Shown here piece by piece: positions 40,103 to 49,419 of a stretch of DNA of 64,000 bases (position 1 is the stretch's first letter; every line of letters begins with the position of its first letter). The stretch covers positions 416,001 through 480,000 of the forward strand of contig OZ243972.1 in assembly GCA_965214705.1 (NCBI GenBank), read 5' to 3'. The notes beneath the pieces are model-generated. The model ran no database searches and was not told the origin of the DNA. It saw nothing but the letters and a program-made list of their open reading frames with translations. The DNA is from Alphaproteobacteria bacterium (GTDB lineage: Bacteria > Pseudomonadota > Alphaproteobacteria > UBA828). The position numbers and the translations under genes were made by a program.

Positions 40103-40902
40103 TGTACCTGCGACACTTCGCCTTCACCCGTCTGCCCTTCGAGACCCCGGCAGAAACCGACGAGCTCTTCGAATCCAATGCGCGGCGCGAGGCCGAGGCC
40201 AGGCTCGGACACCTCATCGACTTGCGCGGCATCGGCATGCTCACCGGCGAGGTGGGCTCCGGCAAGACAACCGTCTGCCGCCACCTCACAGCCCAGCTCC
40301 ACCCGGGCCTCTACCGCATCCACTACGTCTCGCTGACCACCGGCAACGTGCTCGACATGTACAAATCCATCGCATGGGAGATCGGCATCGCCGTCGAGCG
40401 CTCGCGATCCTCGGCCCACCATGCGATCAGGACCGAGATCACCCGGCTTGCGAACGAGGCCAAGCAGCTGCCCGTCCTCGTCGTCGACGAGGCCCACCAC
40501 CTGCGCAACGACGTGCTTGAGGACCTCCGCCTGCTCACCAACTTCGCCATGGACGCGGAGCAGCGCATGTGCCTCATCCTCGTCGGCCTGACCGAGCTCA
40601 GGCGCAGGCTGTCCATGGCGGTGCACGAATCCCTCAGCCAGCGCCTCGTCGTCCGTCACCACCTCACCGGCCTCGATCGAGAGGAGGTCGACGCCTATCT
40701 CACGCACCGCCTCCGTCTTGCAGGGTGCGAGTTGCCGCTCTTCGAGGCGCCGGCCGTCGAGGCCCTGTTCCAGAGTGCGCGCGGACTGCCGCGCCAGATC
40801 AACCGCATCGCGCACTACGCGCTGGCCGCCGCCGCCCTCGACAAGGCAAGAACCGTCAACGCCGACCACCTCCAGCACGCCCTCGACGAGCTCAGGCCAT
40901 GA
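40102..40902 (+). CDS. ExeA-like AAA+ ATPase (transposition helper)
   Basis: GEVGSGKTT, VVDEAHHL, LILVG, GLPRQIN. Confidence 0.9.
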   Translation: MYLRHFAFTRLPFETPAETDELFESNARREAEARLGHLIDLRGIGMLTGEVGSGKTTVCRHLTAQLHPGLYRIHYVSLTTGNVLDMYKSIAWEIGIAVERSRSSAHHAIRTEITRLANEAKQLPVLVVDEAHHLRNDVLEDLRLLTNFAMDAEQRMCLILVGLTELRRRLSMAVHESLSQRLVVRHHLTGLDREEVDAYLTHRLRLAGCELPLFEAPAVEALFQSARGLPRQINRIAHYALAAAALDKARTVNADHLQHALDELRP

Positions 40903-41120
40903 GCATCGTCATCGACCTGCCCGACGAGATCAGCGACGAGACCGCCGCCAGGATCCGCGACGTCCTCCATGAACTCGGCGACGCCTTCTACCAACTCGGC
41001 AGGGCAGTCGAAACCAGGTACGCCGGCCAGATCAGGCGATACTACGAGCCCGACTGCCCGCCGCCCCTCGACGACGGGGAACAACTGCCGCTGTTCCCGG
41101 AGTTGGATACCCCGTTCTGA
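40899..41120 (+). CDS. Small hypothetical protein of the transposon
   Basis: ATGA-coupled start MSIVIDLPDEISDETAARIRDVLHEL...; present in both copies. Confidence 0.7.
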   Translation: MSIVIDLPDEISDETAARIRDVLHELGDAFYQLGRAVETRYAGQIRRYYEPDCPPPLDDGEQLPLFPELDTPF

Positions 41121-41766
41121 GACGCCCGCGCGGCCGAGGGCGCAGCAGTGGCCGGCACCGACCATGGTGCCGCCACCGCTCGTTCCCGTCCCCTGAAGCC
41201 CCTGAGCGTCGCGGGCAGCCTCGTCCCAACCAGCAGGACCAAACCATCCGTTCAACCCTCAAGGGGCGAACGGATATGCGTCGTCGCAGCTTGCTCATCG
41301 ATCCGGAAAAGCCGGATCTATCCGAGAAATCCGCGCCTCCGGCGCTCAAATCAATCCGGCAAAGCCGTCGTCATATTGCGTGCGAAACAACAACGTGCTT
41401 GAGGGGAAGCTGTTCTGCGATCCTTCCCCGACCGACAGCCCTGGCACGGACTGCGCCATTCTGCTGGCAACGAGGGACATCCTGGCCGGAGACATTGCCC
41501 TCAACTGGAGCCGCACCGTGCCCGTCAACGGTTGGCGGGGCGTGACGGTGGAAGGCCCGGAGGGACGCGTCACCGGGCTGGATCTGGCGGGATTTGGATT
41601 GAACGGCCGTATCCCCCCGGATCTTGGCCGCCTGGACCGCCTCGTTTCGCTGTCCCTTGGACGCAATCGGCTTACCGTAAGCGGTATCGGGCCCCCATAC
41701 TTCCAGCGGATCTGATTTCGGGGCTGACTCTCCGCCTTGACCACGAGCCACACAGGAGAGATCGCG

Positions 41767-42192
41767 ATGACAGATTCGATTTTGGCATCTGGCGACGGTG
41801 TCGTTGTTGCTTCGGTTGAGATTCCAGCTTCTGAGGGAGCCGCCCCGGCTCCGTCTGAGCCGGCCCCCATGCGACGCTGGCCGGACGATGAGAAGGCGCG
41901 GATTGTCTCGGAGAGCTTTGAGCCGGGCTCTTCGGTTGCGGCGGTCGCGCGCCGCCATGGCGTCAGCGATACGACCCTGACCAAGTGGCGGCGGCGCGCG
42001 CGGGAGGGAACTCTTCCGGGCGCTCGGATTGGTGGCTCTGCACCGCCATTTGTTCCCGTGGTGGTTGATAGCGTGACGTCCGAGCGGACGGTGGCGATCG
42101 AGGCGCTGGGCGTGGTCGTTCGCCTTCCGGTGGAGAGCGCGGTCGATCGGATCGTGGCTGTGGCCTCGGGTCTGGGTCGGGCGTCGTCATGA
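41767..42192 (+). CDS. tnpA: IS66 TnpA (HTH)
   Basis: RRWPDDEKARIVSESFEPGSSVAAVARRHGV; FVPVVV. Confidence 0.88.
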   Translation: MTDSILASGDGVVVASVEIPASEGAAPAPSEPAPMRRWPDDEKARIVSESFEPGSSVAAVARRHGVSDTTLTKWRRRAREGTLPGARIGGSAPPFVPVVVDSVTSERTVAIEALGVVVRLPVESAVDRIVAVASGLGRASS

Positions 42193-42539
42193 TCGCGGCC
42201 CCCTCGCTTCGCATCGTGCTGGCGACGCGGCCGGTTGATTTTCGTCGCGGCCACGACGCGCTTGCGGCGACGGCGGCGGGGGAGCTGGATCTCGATATCT
42301 ATTCCGGGGTGATCGTGATCTTCCGTTCGCGCCGCGGCGACAGGCTCAAGCTTCTCACCTGGGACGGGACCGGCCTGGTGATGACCTACAAGCGTCTGGA
42401 GCAGGGCCGCTTCGCCTGGCCCCGGATCGAGGACGGTGTGATGCGCCTCACGAAGGGCCAGTTCGAGGCCCTGTTCGAGGGCCTTGACTGGCGCCGGGTC
42501 AAGGCCCTCCCGGTTCGCCGCCCGCTGGCGGCGGAGTGA
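42189..42539 (+). CDS. tnpB: IS66 accessory TnpB
   Basis: PVDFRRGHDAL, FRSRRGDRLKLLTWDGTG, KRLEQGRFAWP. Confidence 0.92.
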   Translation: MIAAPSLRIVLATRPVDFRRGHDALAATAAGELDLDIYSGVIVIFRSRRGDRLKLLTWDGTGLVMTYKRLEQGRFAWPRIEDGVMRLTKGQFEALFEGLDWRRVKALPVRRPLAAE

Positions 42540-42632
42540 GGCGGCACGCAGGCGGGGCCGCAGATTTCGGTCGCGGTCCCGCCTGCACTTTTCCCTGGTC
42601 ATGCATTGGCGAATCGGATTAAGGGGTGGCCC

Positions 42633-44571
42633 ATGCCGAAGGTCACGCCCTCACCCCTCAGCAGCGCCGGTTCGCCGTCGCCTGCGGTGGTTTCGGCGGC
42701 GCTGGCGGCCCTGCATGCGGAGCTTGACGACGAGCGCGCGGCGCGCCGGGCGACGGAAGCAGCCCTATGCGAAGCGGAGCAGGCACGCGGCGCGGCGGAG
42801 GCGGCGAGGCAGACGGCGGAAGCGCGGGCGGCACGGCTGGAGGCCGAGAACGCGCACAGCGCGGAGCAGATCAGCCGGCTTGAGCATCTCAACAAGGAGC
42901 TCAGGAAGGCGCTGTTCGGTCCGCGCTCCGAGAAGCTCAACGAGGACGAGCGCCAGCTTACGTTCGAGGAGTTTTGGGCGGCGATCGCTGAAGCCGGCGG
43001 TCGGCCTGAGGCAGATGACCAGGAGCAGGACGAGGGGGCTGGCGGCAAGCGCCGGCGGCGCTCTTCCCGGGGGTCGCGCAGCGGGGTGCGCTTCGGGCCC
43101 CAGGTCGACCGGCGCGAGGAGGTGATTGAGCCGGACACGATCATGTGCCCCTGCGGCTGCGGCGAGATGACGAAGATCGGCGAGGACCGCAGCGAGCGTC
43201 TGGACTATGAGCCGGCGAAGTTCACCGTCATCGAGACCGTGCGCCCCCGCTACGCCTGCAACAAGTGCAAGGGGGGCGGGGTGGTGCAGTCGCCGGCGCC
43301 GGCCGCTCTGGTCGAGGGCGGCCTTCCCACCGAGGCTCTTCTGGCGCAGGTGCTGATCGCGAAGTACGGCGATCATTGCCCGCTCTACCGTCAGTCGCAG
43401 ATTTACGAGCGCTCGGGGATCGAGGTTCACCGTGCGACGCTGGCGACGTGGGTGGGCCAGGCGTCGTTTCACCTGCGCCCCGTGGTCGCTTGCCTGGAGG
43501 ATGAGCTGAAGAAGTCGGATCACCTGGGTCTGGACGAGACCACGATCCGCGTTCTCGACCCGGGCCGGGGCAAGACGAAGACGGGCTACATGTGGACCCT
43601 TGTGCGCGACGAGCGCCACTGGAGCGGCGCCGACCCGCCGGGCGTTGTCTATCGCTATGAGCCCGGTCGCGGCGGCAAGTATGGCGCCAGGCTCTTGAAG
43701 GGCTTTTCGGGGACGGTGCAGCTCGACGGCTACTCGGGCCACAACACCCTGGCGCGGCCGGACCGGGCGGAAGGCCCTGTGACGCGGGCCCTCTGTTGGG
43801 CGCACGTAAGACGGAAGCTGAAAGAGGTATACGACTCGAGCGCATCGCCGATCGCGCTGGCCGGTCTGAATCGGATCGCGAAGCTCTATGCGATCGAGAA
43901 GAAGATCCGGGGCAAGCCGCCGGCGGAGCGCCGCGCGATCCGTTGGGAGGAGTCGGCGCCGATCGTGAACACCTTCGGTGTCTGGCTCGACGAGCAGCGC
44001 TCGCGCGTCTCACCGCGCTCCCGTCTCGGCGAGAAGCTGACCTATATCGCCAACCAGTGGGACGGGCTGCTGGAGTTCCTGCACGACGGCCGCGTCGAGA
44101 TCGACTCGAACCTGGTGGAAAACCGAATCCGGCCGCTGAAGCTCAGAGCCTGGCCGGAAATGAATTGAGTGGAATCAGACACTTGTGATTCACTTCCTGT
44201 GCTTCACAACACGGGGAACCACAAGATGTGAATCGACGCCAACCGGGAGAAGTATGAGCGCGGGGGACTTCGCGCACTCGCCTAGCTCCTGATCGCCAGC
44301 ATCCAGCCCTTCATCTGGAGACTCGCAACGCTATGAAAATAAACGATTCATTTCCGGCCAGGCTCTCACAGCCAAGAATGCGCTCTTCGCCGGCAACGAC
44401 GAGGGTGCGCAAGCTTGGGCCCGCATCGCCTCGCTGATCGAGACCTGCAAGATGAACGGCGTCGAGCCCTACGCCTGGATGCGGAGCACGCTCGAGAAGA
44501 TCGCTAAGGGCCACCCGCAGTCGGGCATCCAGGAGCTTCTGCCGTGGAACTTCCAGCCCGAGGCAAAGTGA
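42633..44571 (+). pseudogene. tnpC: IS66 TnpC interrupted near the 3' end by a MITE
   Basis: FGPRSEK, CPCGCG, LDETT, LCWAHVRRK, NRIRPLKL|TAKNALFAG..SLIETCKMNGVEP..LLPWN. Confidence 0.9.
44146..44365 (+). mobile_element. 220-bp internally deleted IS5 (IS1031 group) MITE
   Basis: IR GAGCCTGGCCGGAAATGAAT; TCA duplication. Retains transposase N-terminal (..DANREKYERGGLR) and C-terminal remnants. Confidence 0.85.
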
Positions 44572-44724
44572 CTCGCGCGCTCACGGCGCTCATCCAAAAC
44601 TCTCCGTAGTCAACCCAGATTCCGGTATGGGGTCTGCGTACCGCTTACGTTGTGCCGACGCCGATCCTGGATCGGGAAGTTGCCGAACGACCTGGCCCAC
44701 TGCCTGTCTGCGGCAAGGCCGCGC

Positions 44725-45441
44725 TCATGGCGGCAGGAGCGCCATCAGCGGCGCGTTGGAGAGGAACTCGACCTGGTCGGGCCGCAGCTTGGCGAAGGCG
44801 AGGCAGGCGGCCGCCTCGGCCTCGGTCTCGAAGGTCCCCAGCTCCCGCGAGGTCTGCAACTCGATCACGGTGATCTGCGGCGGCCGGAGCGCCACCAGAT
44901 GACGCTCGGGTGCGCGGGAGTTGGAACGATATGCGCAACGCGGACAGCGGGCTGCGCCGCCGGCAGGCGCCTTGCAGTCTACGCAGATGCTCTGCGCGCG
45001 CCTCGCGGCATAGCGGCGCTTCCCGGCGGCGCTCTTTTGCCCGGGACGGATGCGCTCCTTCTCCAGCGCGAGGCACCGGCCGCAGCGCGACAGGCCTCCG
45101 ACCGTGGGCTGCGTGCAGCGTACGCAGCGGCCGGCAGCCTGGCGTGCGGCATAGCGCCGGCGGTCGCGTGCGCGCCTGGCCTCGCGGCACGGCTCGCAGA
45201 CGGAGCGATCCTCCTCCGGTCGGCGGCGGCCGCACGACGAGCAAAGTCCCGCCGCCTGACGCGCCCGGCGGGCGCGCTCGGCGGCGCGGCGCTTCTCGGC
45301 GCAGCCTGTACACACCGAGCGGCCGGGTTCGGGCGGAACGCGGCCGCAGCGGGTACAAGTTCCGCTCGCACTTCGTTCGGCGTGGCGCTGACGGTTGCGG
45401 CGATCCCGCGCCTTCTTCTTCACAGGGTCCCTGAGCGGCAC
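44725..45441 (-). CDS. Protein with four tandem CxxC-x(n)-CxxC zinc-finger repeats
   Basis: CTRC..CTGC, CSSC..CEPC, CVRC..CGRC, CVDC..CPRC, separated by Arg-rich helices. Confidence 0.75.
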   Translation of the reverse strand: MPLRDPVKKKARDRRNRQRHAERSASGTCTRCGRVPPEPGRSVCTGCAEKRRAAERARRARQAAGLCSSCGRRRPEEDRSVCEPCREARRARDRRRYAARQAAGRCVRCTQPTVGGLSRCGRCLALEKERIRPGQKSAAGKRRYAARRAQSICVDCKAPAGGAARCPRCAYRSNSRAPERHLVALRPPQITVIELQTSRELGTFETEAEAAACLAFAKLRPDQVEFLSNAPLMALLPP

Positions 45442-46041
45442 GGCCGGCCATCCCGGTCAGCGCGCGTAGCGGGCGGCGAACAGGCCCGTCGCATTCAAGC
45501 CGTAGAGCTGGATCCCGGAGCCTGCAAGCTTAACGCCTGTGCAAACGATGATCTCGTCGGATTCGGGCCGCATCTCACGAACGGCCCTGCGCGAGACGAT
45601 CGTCCTGCGTGGCCTGCGACGGCTCTTTGTCTTGGGCTGCTCCGCCTGGATGGGCTCGATCCCGCCGTTGGGCTGCGAGCGGTATTTCTCGACAACGTAG
45701 CGGCTGTCCTCGAGGCCTTGCCCAAACAGGTGAACCAGAAACGTCTGCGCGTCGCGATGGAACATCCGGCCGGTCCGCATTGTGCCGTCTCCCCCGGTGG
45801 TGGTTGCCGACGGCGGGGACCCGCTCCGCAGCGCCGCCCCCGCCGCCCGCGTCACGGCCTGTCCTCCGCCTATCCCGGACGCGCAGGCACGACATGGCTG
45901 AGCGGCGACAGGCGAATGGCGCGTGACACGAACAGCGACCAGGCTATTGGCGTGAACGCCGCACCCGGCACGCTCATGGCCGGGAGGAGCACGCGGCGGC
46001 GCGATGGCCGGAGGGTGCATCCGGTTGATATGATGCAAACT

Positions 46042-46902
46042 ATGCCCAGGCGGAAAGCGTGGACGGCGGCGGCGGGGGACGCTCAGCCGGACCTGTTCGC
46101 CGAAGGTTACCGGGTCCCTGCGCCCCCGACCGGCCGGGTGATCGTGCCTGCCGACGGCCTGGAGGCGGCCAGGAAGCTCGGCGACGAGACGTTGATCGCG
46201 ACGCTTCGGCGATCGAGCCCGTCCAAGATCGAGCCTTTGTGCTCGGAGGTCGTGTCACGGTCTCTGGAGGGGGCGGTGCCGGTATTGGAGGAGCTGTGGC
46301 GGCGCTTCGTCGGTTTCGGCATCGACGTGCCGCTGCGGGAGCAGCGCGCCGTGTTGCGCACCCTGGCGCGACTTGACTGTGCCTCTGCCCGTGCGGCGCT
46401 GAAGAGGATCGTGTTGTGGAAGGGCTTGCCGGCTTCGCAGCTGCCGCTCGCGCTTCGGGCTGCGGCGGACGCCGGGCTCGTGCTTCCTGCCGCCTTCGTC
46501 GGCCCGCTGCTGGGCCACGGGGACGCGGCGGTTCGGGAGCCGGCGTTCGCACTAGGGCTGAAGGCCGGCGTCTCCGACCTCCTGCTTCGTGGCGGCCTCA
46601 CGGACCTGTCGGTGCCGGTTCGCCGAGCGGCGGCGGTCGCGCTGGGCAACCGGGGCAATGCCGATGTCAGGGAAGCCTTGATCGCCGAGCTTGCAGCGGA
46701 TCCGTCGCGGGCCGTGATCGAGGCGCTCGCGGCCATCGGCGGCGACGACGGGATCGTCCACCTGGGCCGCTGCGCCGAGCGCCACCCCGCGCTCGCGGGT
46801 GCCGTGGTCGTCGCCCTGCGCGACATGGAGAGCCCGCGGGCTGAACGACTGGCCGGGCGCCTGGAATCGCAAGGCCGGGTCCCGGGCGCCGATGGCGCCT
46901 GA
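46042..46902 (+). CDS. HEAT-repeat protein
   Basis: LLGHGDAAVREPAFAL; LTDLSVPVRRAAAVALGNRG; VIEALAAIGG. Start reassigned to MPRRK. Confidence 0.7.
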   Translation: MPRRKAWTAAAGDAQPDLFAEGYRVPAPPTGRVIVPADGLEAARKLGDETLIATLRRSSPSKIEPLCSEVVSRSLEGAVPVLEELWRRFVGFGIDVPLREQRAVLRTLARLDCASARAALKRIVLWKGLPASQLPLALRAAADAGLVLPAAFVGPLLGHGDAAVREPAFALGLKAGVSDLLLRGGLTDLSVPVRRAAAVALGNRGNADVREALIAELAADPSRAVIEALAAIGGDDGIVHLGRCAERHPALAGAVVVALRDMESPRAERLAGRLESQGRVPGADGA

Positions 46903-46953
46903 GAGGCCCGTGGTCGCCCGCAGGCGGCCGGCGACGGGTACCCGGCCCTCTCG

Positions 46954-47364
46954 ATGGTGGTGAAGGCGGCAGGCGCCGACAAGCGCCGGCGATCCGCCGC
47001 TGTGGATGCAGGCGAGCGGCCGGGCTATGCCCTGCCGTCCGACCTGGAAGGCTCGCTGCGTTACCTCTCTGACGGCGAGCTCGACCGGCTGTTGCGTGCG
47101 GTCGCCGGGGAGGCGCGGCGGCGCGGACGCCCGCTTGCCGGCGAGCCCGCCCCGCCCGCGGTCTCGGCATTGGAGAAACAGGCGGCGTCACCGGCAAAGG
47201 GCAGAACGAAGACGCGGCCTGTGCCGGTCCCACCGGGTCAGGCGAGGCTCATCCGCGCCGCCCATGAAGCGGGCGTGAAGCCTGGGGCCATCGCGCGGGA
47301 GCTGCGGCTGTCGCGCGCGCAGGTGGAACACGTCATCGGCGCACCGAGGCGAGGGAGGGGCTGA
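46954..47364 (+). CDS. Hypothetical protein with C-terminal HTH
   Basis: GQARLIRAAHEAGVKPGAIARELRLSRAQVEHVI. Confidence 0.65.
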   Translation: MVVKAAGADKRRRSAAVDAGERPGYALPSDLEGSLRYLSDGELDRLLRAVAGEARRRGRPLAGEPAPPAVSALEKQAASPAKGRTKTRPVPVPPGQARLIRAAHEAGVKPGAIARELRLSRAQVEHVIGAPRRGRG

Positions 47365-47428
47365 GCAGCGTCGCCACCGGTCCTGCGCTGCGACGCCGTC
47401 ATCGCAGGCGCGGGTGCCGCCGCGCTCC

Positions 47429-49021
47429 CTATCCGGCGCCGGGCCAATGGCCCCCGTCCGGCAGGCCCAGGGCGAGACCGTACTCCTCCTCCTGCCAGGC
47501 CGCGATGCTGGCGGTGAGGATGTGCTCCATGATCGGCACCTTCTTCAGCGCCCGCCCGTCGAGCAGCGCCGCTGCCGTCGCCGCGAAGGACCGCCACTCC
47601 CCGGCCCCGCTGCCGGCCCTCAGGACGTGCGCGGTCCTCAGCATCAGAAGTGCCCAGTAGCCGCGCCGCTCCTCCAGGCGCGTCCACAAGGCCGCTTCCA
47701 GCTGCCGCGGGCCGGGCGCACGGTCGAGCGCCTCGTCCACCACCACCGTGCTCTCGCACCAGGCGACGATCAGCGGGTGATCGAGCGGCCACCCGGCGCT
47801 GCGGCGGACAAGCCCGTTCCGCTCGCGGGCCGAGAGCCCCGCAATCCCGTCTTCCGGATCGACGAGCGCCAGCCACTCCGCCGCCGCCATCGGCCGGGGC
47901 CGCAGGTCGCCCAGGCCGCAGGCGTCCGCCACGTCCAGAAGGCCCGCCGCCGGCGGGCGCCCGGCCTCGAGACCGTCCGCCAGCGCCGCCGAAAGCGCCG
48001 GCTCCAACGCCGGCCAGGCCACGGCGAAGCCGCCGGACTCGGCCACATGGCTCGGCACCACCTCCTCGATGCCCTCCCCCTGCGCCAGGAACGCCTCCTT
48101 CACCCCCTCGCCGCTCTTGAGCAGCACCAGCGCCGCAGCAGGGCCGTCCTCGCCCTCCAGCGAGGCCGCAAAGGTCTGGCCGCCCGTGCCGTCCGGCACC
48201 GTCTCGAACAGCTGCAGCCGCCGCAGGCCGCGCCCCTCCAGCGGACCCACAGGTCCGCGCCGCCGCGCCTCGCGCAGCGCCGTGTCGAGAAGAGAACGTG
48301 CGCCGTCGGCAGGAAGCCAGCTCCGGAGCGGGGGCAGCGACCCCGCAGTCCCGGAATCGAGGGCGCCACGGCGCGCCCGTTCCAGTAGTCCCCCGGCAGC
48401 AGCGTGGCGGACCTCCTCCGCACGGTCCAGCAGCCAGTAGAGCGCAAGGCGGCCGCACAACGCCTCGTCCCGCACCGCGACACCGTGCACGAAGCCGGGA
48501 CGCTGCGGCGCGGGTATCAGGCTCAGCATGTCCTGCAGCGTCGCGTGCAGGCGGTGCGTGTCGTCCCCCGCCTCCCGCCGCAGGCTGTCGAGCTCGGCGA
48601 CGAAGTCGCCCGAATACCCGTCGCTCGCAGCCTGCGCCTCGATGGCGCAGAGCAGGAACGAGGTCAGGGTCTCGGGCGCGTCGATCTCCGCGCGGGCGTA
48701 GGCCCGCCCGAGCGACAGGGCGGTCCCGGCGTCGAGGCCGCCTGACGCGGCCAGACCCTCGATCGTCTCCTGCGCCTCCGCCAGGAAGCCCGCGCCAAGG
48801 CGCCCCCCGTTCTCCCGGTCCAGGCCGGCCTGCCCGACCAGAGCCTCGAACAGACGCAGACGCCGCGCCGCGTCCCGCTGCGGGTCCAGAAGAAGCGTCC
48901 GCGCGATCCCCGGCGTTCCCAGCAGCGCAGGGGCGTGGCGCATCGCCAGGCGTATCGCGGCCGCAGAGCCGTTGCCGCCAAGCTCGTCGAGCCACTCGCC
49001 GATCCCATCGCCGCCGGGCAA
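47429..49021 (-). CDS. Hypothetical helical protein (~530 aa)
   Basis: Long ORF with normal protein composition; competing frames are Arg/Pro-rich. Start uncertain. Confidence 0.65.
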   Translation of the reverse strand: MPGGDGIGEWLDELGGNGSAAAIRLAMRHAPALLGTPGIARTLLLDPQRDAARRLRLFEALVGQAGLDRENGGRLGAGFLAEAQETIEGLAASGGLDAGTALSLGRAYARAEIDAPETLTSFLLCAIEAQAASDGYSGDFVAELDSLRREAGDDTHRLHATLQDMLSLIPAPQRPGFVHGVAVRDEALCGRLALYWLLDRAEEVRHAAAGGLLERARRGALDSGTAGSLPPLRSWLPADGARSLLDTALREARRRGPVGPLEGRGLRRLQLFETVPDGTGGQTFAASLEGEDGPAAALVLLKSGEGVKEAFLAQGEGIEEVVPSHVAESGGFAVAWPALEPALSAALADGLEAGRPPAAGLLDVADACGLGDLRPRPMAAAEWLALVDPEDGIAGLSARERNGLVRRSAGWPLDHPLIVAWCESTVVVDEALDRAPGPRQLEAALWTRLEERRGYWALLMLRTAHVLRAGSGAGEWRSFAATAAALLDGRALKKVPIMEHILTASIAAWQEEEYGLALGLPDGGHWPGAG

Positions 49022-49115
49022 GGGTCCCTTCCCTTCAGTCGGGGAGAGCGAGGGGAAGCCGGAGCGTCACCTGGAAGGTGCGCGCCATCGCGCCCGGCGG
49101 CGCTCGTCCAAGGTT

Positions 49116-49157
49116 AAGGGTTGGGCAGGTTCTCGAGAGAGAACCTGCCCAACCCTT
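49116..49157. repeat. Perfect 19-bp-stem hairpin abutting the IS91-like end
   Basis: AAGGGTTGGGCAGGTTCTC-GAGA-GAGAACCTGCCCAACCCTT. Confidence 0.85.
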
Positions 49158-49419
49158 TTGAACGGAGGCGCGGGCCACGAGAGGCGAAGTTGAGCTATGT
49201 GGAAAGTGCGCCGATGTCAGCGTCAGGCGGCATCCACCGGCAGCAGAGTTGCGCATGAGATCGACGCTCGCGGCGGTCTTTCGGCAGGCATGCGGGCGCA
49301 CGCTGCGAGGACTGAGCGGGGTGTGAGCCGAGGGCTGTCAGCCCGGCTCAAACGGAGACAGGTTCGGTCGTGCGTCGGCGCTTTGGCGCCGTTGCGCGGG
49401 GCCGAAGCGAGCGGGCGTC

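Larger units (their letters stand above)
37541..41392 (+). mobile_element. Four-gene TGT..ACA transposon (Zn-finger ORF, DDE transposase, ExeA-like ATPase, small ORF), copy 1
   Basis: IR TGTTGTTTCGCA / TGCGAAACAACA. 5-bp TSD ACGTG. Confidence 0.9.
36629..41676 (+). pseudogene. O-antigen ligase-like membrane protein fused to plant-type LRR, split by transposons
   Basis: RLTGAFVNPNGAG and SASRTA within a multi-TM region. ...NVPGDV|LEGKLFCDP..NWSRTVPVNGWRGVT..VTGLDLAGFGLNGRIPPDLGRLDRLVSLSLGRNRLT is in frame across the ACGTG TSD. Confidence 0.75.
41677..44648 (+). mobile_element. Canonical three-ORF IS66 element
   Basis: IR GTAAGCGGTA..CCCCATAC at both ends; tnpA-tnpB-tnpC. Flanks are not duplicated. 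Confidence 0.9.

Noticed and set aside
42189-42539. TnpB as an RNA-guided nuclease
   Set aside because: This is the small IS66 accessory TnpB, unrelated to the IS200/IS605 RuvC TnpB.
45457-46038. 193-aa minus-strand ORF
   Set aside because: No recognisable motif; it may be a decayed gene but cannot be supported.
44650-46041. N-terminal 460 aa of the 750-aa ORF
   Set aside because: Antisense to the zinc-finger gene; only 46042-46902 looks like real protein.
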